Of a stretch of DNA of 64,000 nt, positions 61,434 through 64,000 are shown in pieces. The stretch is from Polyangiaceae bacterium (lineage in GTDB: Bacteria > Myxococcota_A > Polyangia > Polyangiales > Polyangiaceae), in the NCBI GenBank assembly GCA_035634635.1, contig DASQCO010000075.1, positions 3,382 to 67,381 on the forward strand, in the 5' to 3' direction. Numbering within the stretch: position 1 is the stretch's first letter; every line of letters begins with the position of its first letter. The position numbers and the translations under genes are program-made. The notes under the pieces were generated by a model, which ran no database searches, was not told where the DNA came from, and saw only the letters and a program-made list of their open reading frames with translations.

Positions 61434-62624
61434 ATGGCGGCGGTCATTCTCAAAGCAGGTCACGTGCAGCCGGTATGGGCCGGGCACCCGTGGGTATTCG
61501 CGCAGGCGATCGAGCGCATCGAGGGCGGAGCCACACCGGGAGACGAAATCTTGGTTCGCGACGGACGCGGTAACACGCTTGGTCGCGGCTTGTACTCCCC
61601 AGGGTCCGCCATTCCCGTTCGCCTGTTCACGCGCGACGCCGCGACGGCGATCGACGGCGCGCTCTTCGCGTCGCGCATCGAGCGCGCGATCGCGCGCCGC
61701 AACGCGCTCGGTCTGCCCTCCGCGACGACCAACGCCGTGCGCTTGGTGCACGCCGAAGGCGACGATCTACCGGGCTTGGTCGTGGATCGGCTGGGCGACG
61801 TCGTGGCCGTACAAATGGGCACAATCGGCCTGAAACGCCGAGAAGGCGTGATCTTGGACGTGCTCAGCAAGTTGCTGAAACCGCGGGCCATCGTCGATCG
61901 CACCCCATTGACGCACGCCAAGACCGAGGGCTTTACGCCAACGCACGGTGTAGTTCGGGGCGACAGTGCGCTCGACGCCTTCGAGTTCACGGAGCGCGGG
62001 CTGAAATTCAAGATCCCGTTCTCGCTCGGACACAAGACCGGGTTCTACGTCGATCAGCGACCGCTGCGTGCGCGCATCGAAGAGCTCTCGCGTGGCATGC
62101 GCGTGCTCGACACATACAGCTTCGTCGGCGCGGTCGCGCTATCCGCCGCGCGCGGCGGTGCGCGTGAAGTGCACGCGGTCGATGCCAGCGCGCTCGCGCT
62201 CGAGATCGGCGCGGAGTGCGCAGCGTTGAATGGGCTCAACGATCGCGTGGTTTTCGAGCGCGCCGACGCGGTCGAGGTACTGAACCAAGCAGGGCGCCAA
62301 GGAGGCTACGACTTGGTCATCTGCGATCCGCCCAAGCTTGCTCCTTCACGCGCGGCAAAAATGCGTGCCGCCGAGAACATGCGCAAGCTCGCGGCCAGCG
62401 GTTGCCGTGCTACGCGCCCGGGCGGATTGCTCGTGGTTTGTTCGTGCTCGGCGGCGATTGGCCTCAATGAGTTGACCCGCGCAGTCGCGCTGGGTGCGCG
62501 CGATGTAGGCGCTCACGCGCTGGTTTTGGAGCGCTTCTTTCAGGGCCCGGATCACCCAGTGCCAGCAGCGTTCCCCGAAGGATTGTACTTGTGCTCTTTG
62601 CTCGTGGAAGTCGTGCCGGGTTGA
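61434..62624 (+). CDS. rlmI: 23S rRNA m5C1962 methyltransferase RlmI family
   Basis: GHPWVF, EGDDLPGL, HKTGFYVDQR, CDPPK, CSCS and DHPV motifs. Confidence 0.88.
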   Translation: MAAVILKAGHVQPVWAGHPWVFAQAIERIEGGATPGDEILVRDGRGNTLGRGLYSPGSAIPVRLFTRDAATAIDGALFASRIERAIARRNALGLPSATTNAVRLVHAEGDDLPGLVVDRLGDVVAVQMGTIGLKRREGVILDVLSKLLKPRAIVDRTPLTHAKTEGFTPTHGVVRGDSALDAFEFTERGLKFKIPFSLGHKTGFYVDQRPLRARIEELSRGMRVLDTYSFVGAVALSAARGGAREVHAVDASALALEIGAECAALNGLNDRVVFERADAVEVLNQAGRQGGYDLVICDPPKLAPSRAAKMRAAENMRKLAASGCRATRPGGLLVVCSCSAAIGLNELTRAVALGARDVGAHALVLERFFQGPDHPVPAAFPEGLYLCSLLVEVVPG

Positions 62625-62627
62625 ACC

Positions 62628-63422
62628 ATGCTGCCGATTGATGCGCTCCCCGAATTGGTCCCGAACCGCTTACGCGGTTTGCTCTTCGACCTCGACGACA
62701 CATTGCTCGATCATAGCCGGCTGAGCGAGGCGGCGTACTCCGCGCTGTTTCGCCTACGCGAGGCCGGCTTCGAGTGTTACGCCGTGACGGGGCGTCCGGC
62801 GGGGTGGGCGGCCGTGATCGTGAACCAATGGCCGATCCAGGGCGCAGTGGCCGAAAATGGCGCGATCGCCTTCTACACCGACGAGGACGGCTTGCACGCC
62901 TTGGATCCCGTGCAACCTCCCGAACGGCGGCGTCGACAGCAGTTGCTGTCCAGGTTGTGCGTCGACATTCAAAATGAATTCCCCGAGCTCGTCCCCGCCG
63001 ACGATGTCTCTTTGCGGCGCACCGACTTCACCTACGATATCGGCGAACATCAACTGGTCCCTAGGGACCGCGTGGCTCAGCTGCGCGGCTTCGCCGAAGC
63101 ACGCGGTGCGAGCACCCTCGCCTCGAGCGTCCACGCGCACGTGAGCTTCGATCGCACCGACAAGGCCGCGGGGGTCGTGCGCCTAATTCAGACCCTGACC
63201 GGGCTCGACTCGACCGCAATCCTCTCGCGATATGCCTTCATCGGCGACAGCGAAAATGACGCCAGCTGCTTCGCCGCCTTCCGCCACAGCATCGGCGTAC
63301 ACAACCTCAGCGGTCGCCCCACGGTAGCGCCGCGCTTCATCACCAAGCACGACCGCGGCAAAGGGTTCGTGGAGGCCGCGCATGCGCTGATTGCGGCCGG
63401 GATCGGCGCTAGTCCGCGCTGA
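62628..63422 (+). CDS. HAD-IIB family hydrolase
   Basis: FDLDDTL, TGR, ENGA, DK and GDSEND motifs. Confidence 0.88.
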   Translation: MLPIDALPELVPNRLRGLLFDLDDTLLDHSRLSEAAYSALFRLREAGFECYAVTGRPAGWAAVIVNQWPIQGAVAENGAIAFYTDEDGLHALDPVQPPERRRRQQLLSRLCVDIQNEFPELVPADDVSLRRTDFTYDIGEHQLVPRDRVAQLRGFAEARGASTLASSVHAHVSFDRTDKAAGVVRLIQTLTGLDSTAILSRYAFIGDSENDASCFAAFRHSIGVHNLSGRPTVAPRFITKHDRGKGFVEAAHALIAAGIGASPR

Positions 63423-63428
63423 ACGCTG

Positions 63429-63512
63429 CCGCGCTCGACGGCTTGCCCCCCGCTCGACGGCTTGCCCCGCGCTCGACGGCTTGCCCCGCGCTCGACGGCT
63501 TGCCCCGCGCTC
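63429..63512. repeat. 19-bp tandem repeat x ~4.4
   Basis: CCGCGCTCGACGGCTTGCC units lie between convergent stop codons. Confidence 0.9.
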
Positions 63513-63912
63513 AGCGGACGCTCGAGGACGCGAGTTCGACGCTTGCTTCGAGCTCACACAGCAGCCGCGCTCCTTCCTTCGTCAAGATGACGCGCCAAGC
63601 TTTGCCGGTGATGTCCTCGCCGCGGTCCACGAGCCCCTTCTCCTCGAGTTTGCGCGTGACCTCGGATACCCGCGGCTCGTCGAGTTCGAGACGTGCGGCG
63701 ATTTGAGCTTGAATCACCGCATCTTCGGTTTCTGCGATCAGTTGCCGAATCGAATCGAGCAGCAACCATTGCGGGAACGCCAGACCCTCCCTCGCACAGA
63801 CCGCCTGAATCTGCTTTCGCCAGCGCATTGCAGCCAGCCACTGAGCCTTACGAATGTCGGTCACACGTACGCCCTGAGTTGCCGCCGGGTCCTCGCGCCA
63901 CCCCCTCTCCAC
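63511..63912 (-). CDS. MarR family winged-helix regulator (start uncertain)
   Basis: QAQIAARLELD...VSEVTRKLEEKGLVDR...VILTKEG motif. Confidence 0.8.
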   Translation of the reverse strand: MERGWREDPAATQGVRVTDIRKAQWLAAMRWRKQIQAVCAREGLAFPQWLLLDSIRQLIAETEDAVIQAQIAARLELDEPRVSEVTRKLEEKGLVDRGEDITGKAWRVILTKEGARLLCELEASVELASSSVR

Positions 63913-64000
63913 GCTGGCGCGCCGTTTCTCTGCGGCTCGGCGTGCGGCACGCCAACGTCGGTCCTCCGTAACCGTTACACGGAGCCCATCTTTATGGCCG

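Overview
GC-rich bacterial chromosomal segment. Its gene content points to a myxobacterium, probably Polyangiaceae-like (inference): a MYXO-CTERM protein, many Cys-rich lipoproteins, a zinc-ribbon/GYF/TonB-like protein and an OmpA-TSP3 protein. The left ~4 kb looks like the edge of a defence island. It holds a Shedu (DUF4263) nuclease with an unusual Zn-finger N-terminus, a divergent RxxxxH HEPN protein and a TPR-like protein, and is bounded by an orphan 3' half of tRNA-Arg(CCT). Next come an NsrR/truncated-haemoglobin/reductase operon with a candidate operator, a SLATT-like gene, a His-rich Tat lipoprotein and a sulfite/nitrite reductase operon with an IscR-type palindrome. A ~1.1 kb non-coding block of three different tandem arrays lies between that operon and proS; it is the most unexplained feature in the window. 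The rest is mostly housekeeping genes (proS, tyrS, recD2, apbE, rhlE, ybeY, HU, rlmI) mixed with envelope and secreted proteins, one broken MYXO-CTERM gene and a REPIN/MITE-like element. All family assignments come from motif recognition by eye; no database search was run. Homopolymer length variation suggests some indels could be sequencing errors.
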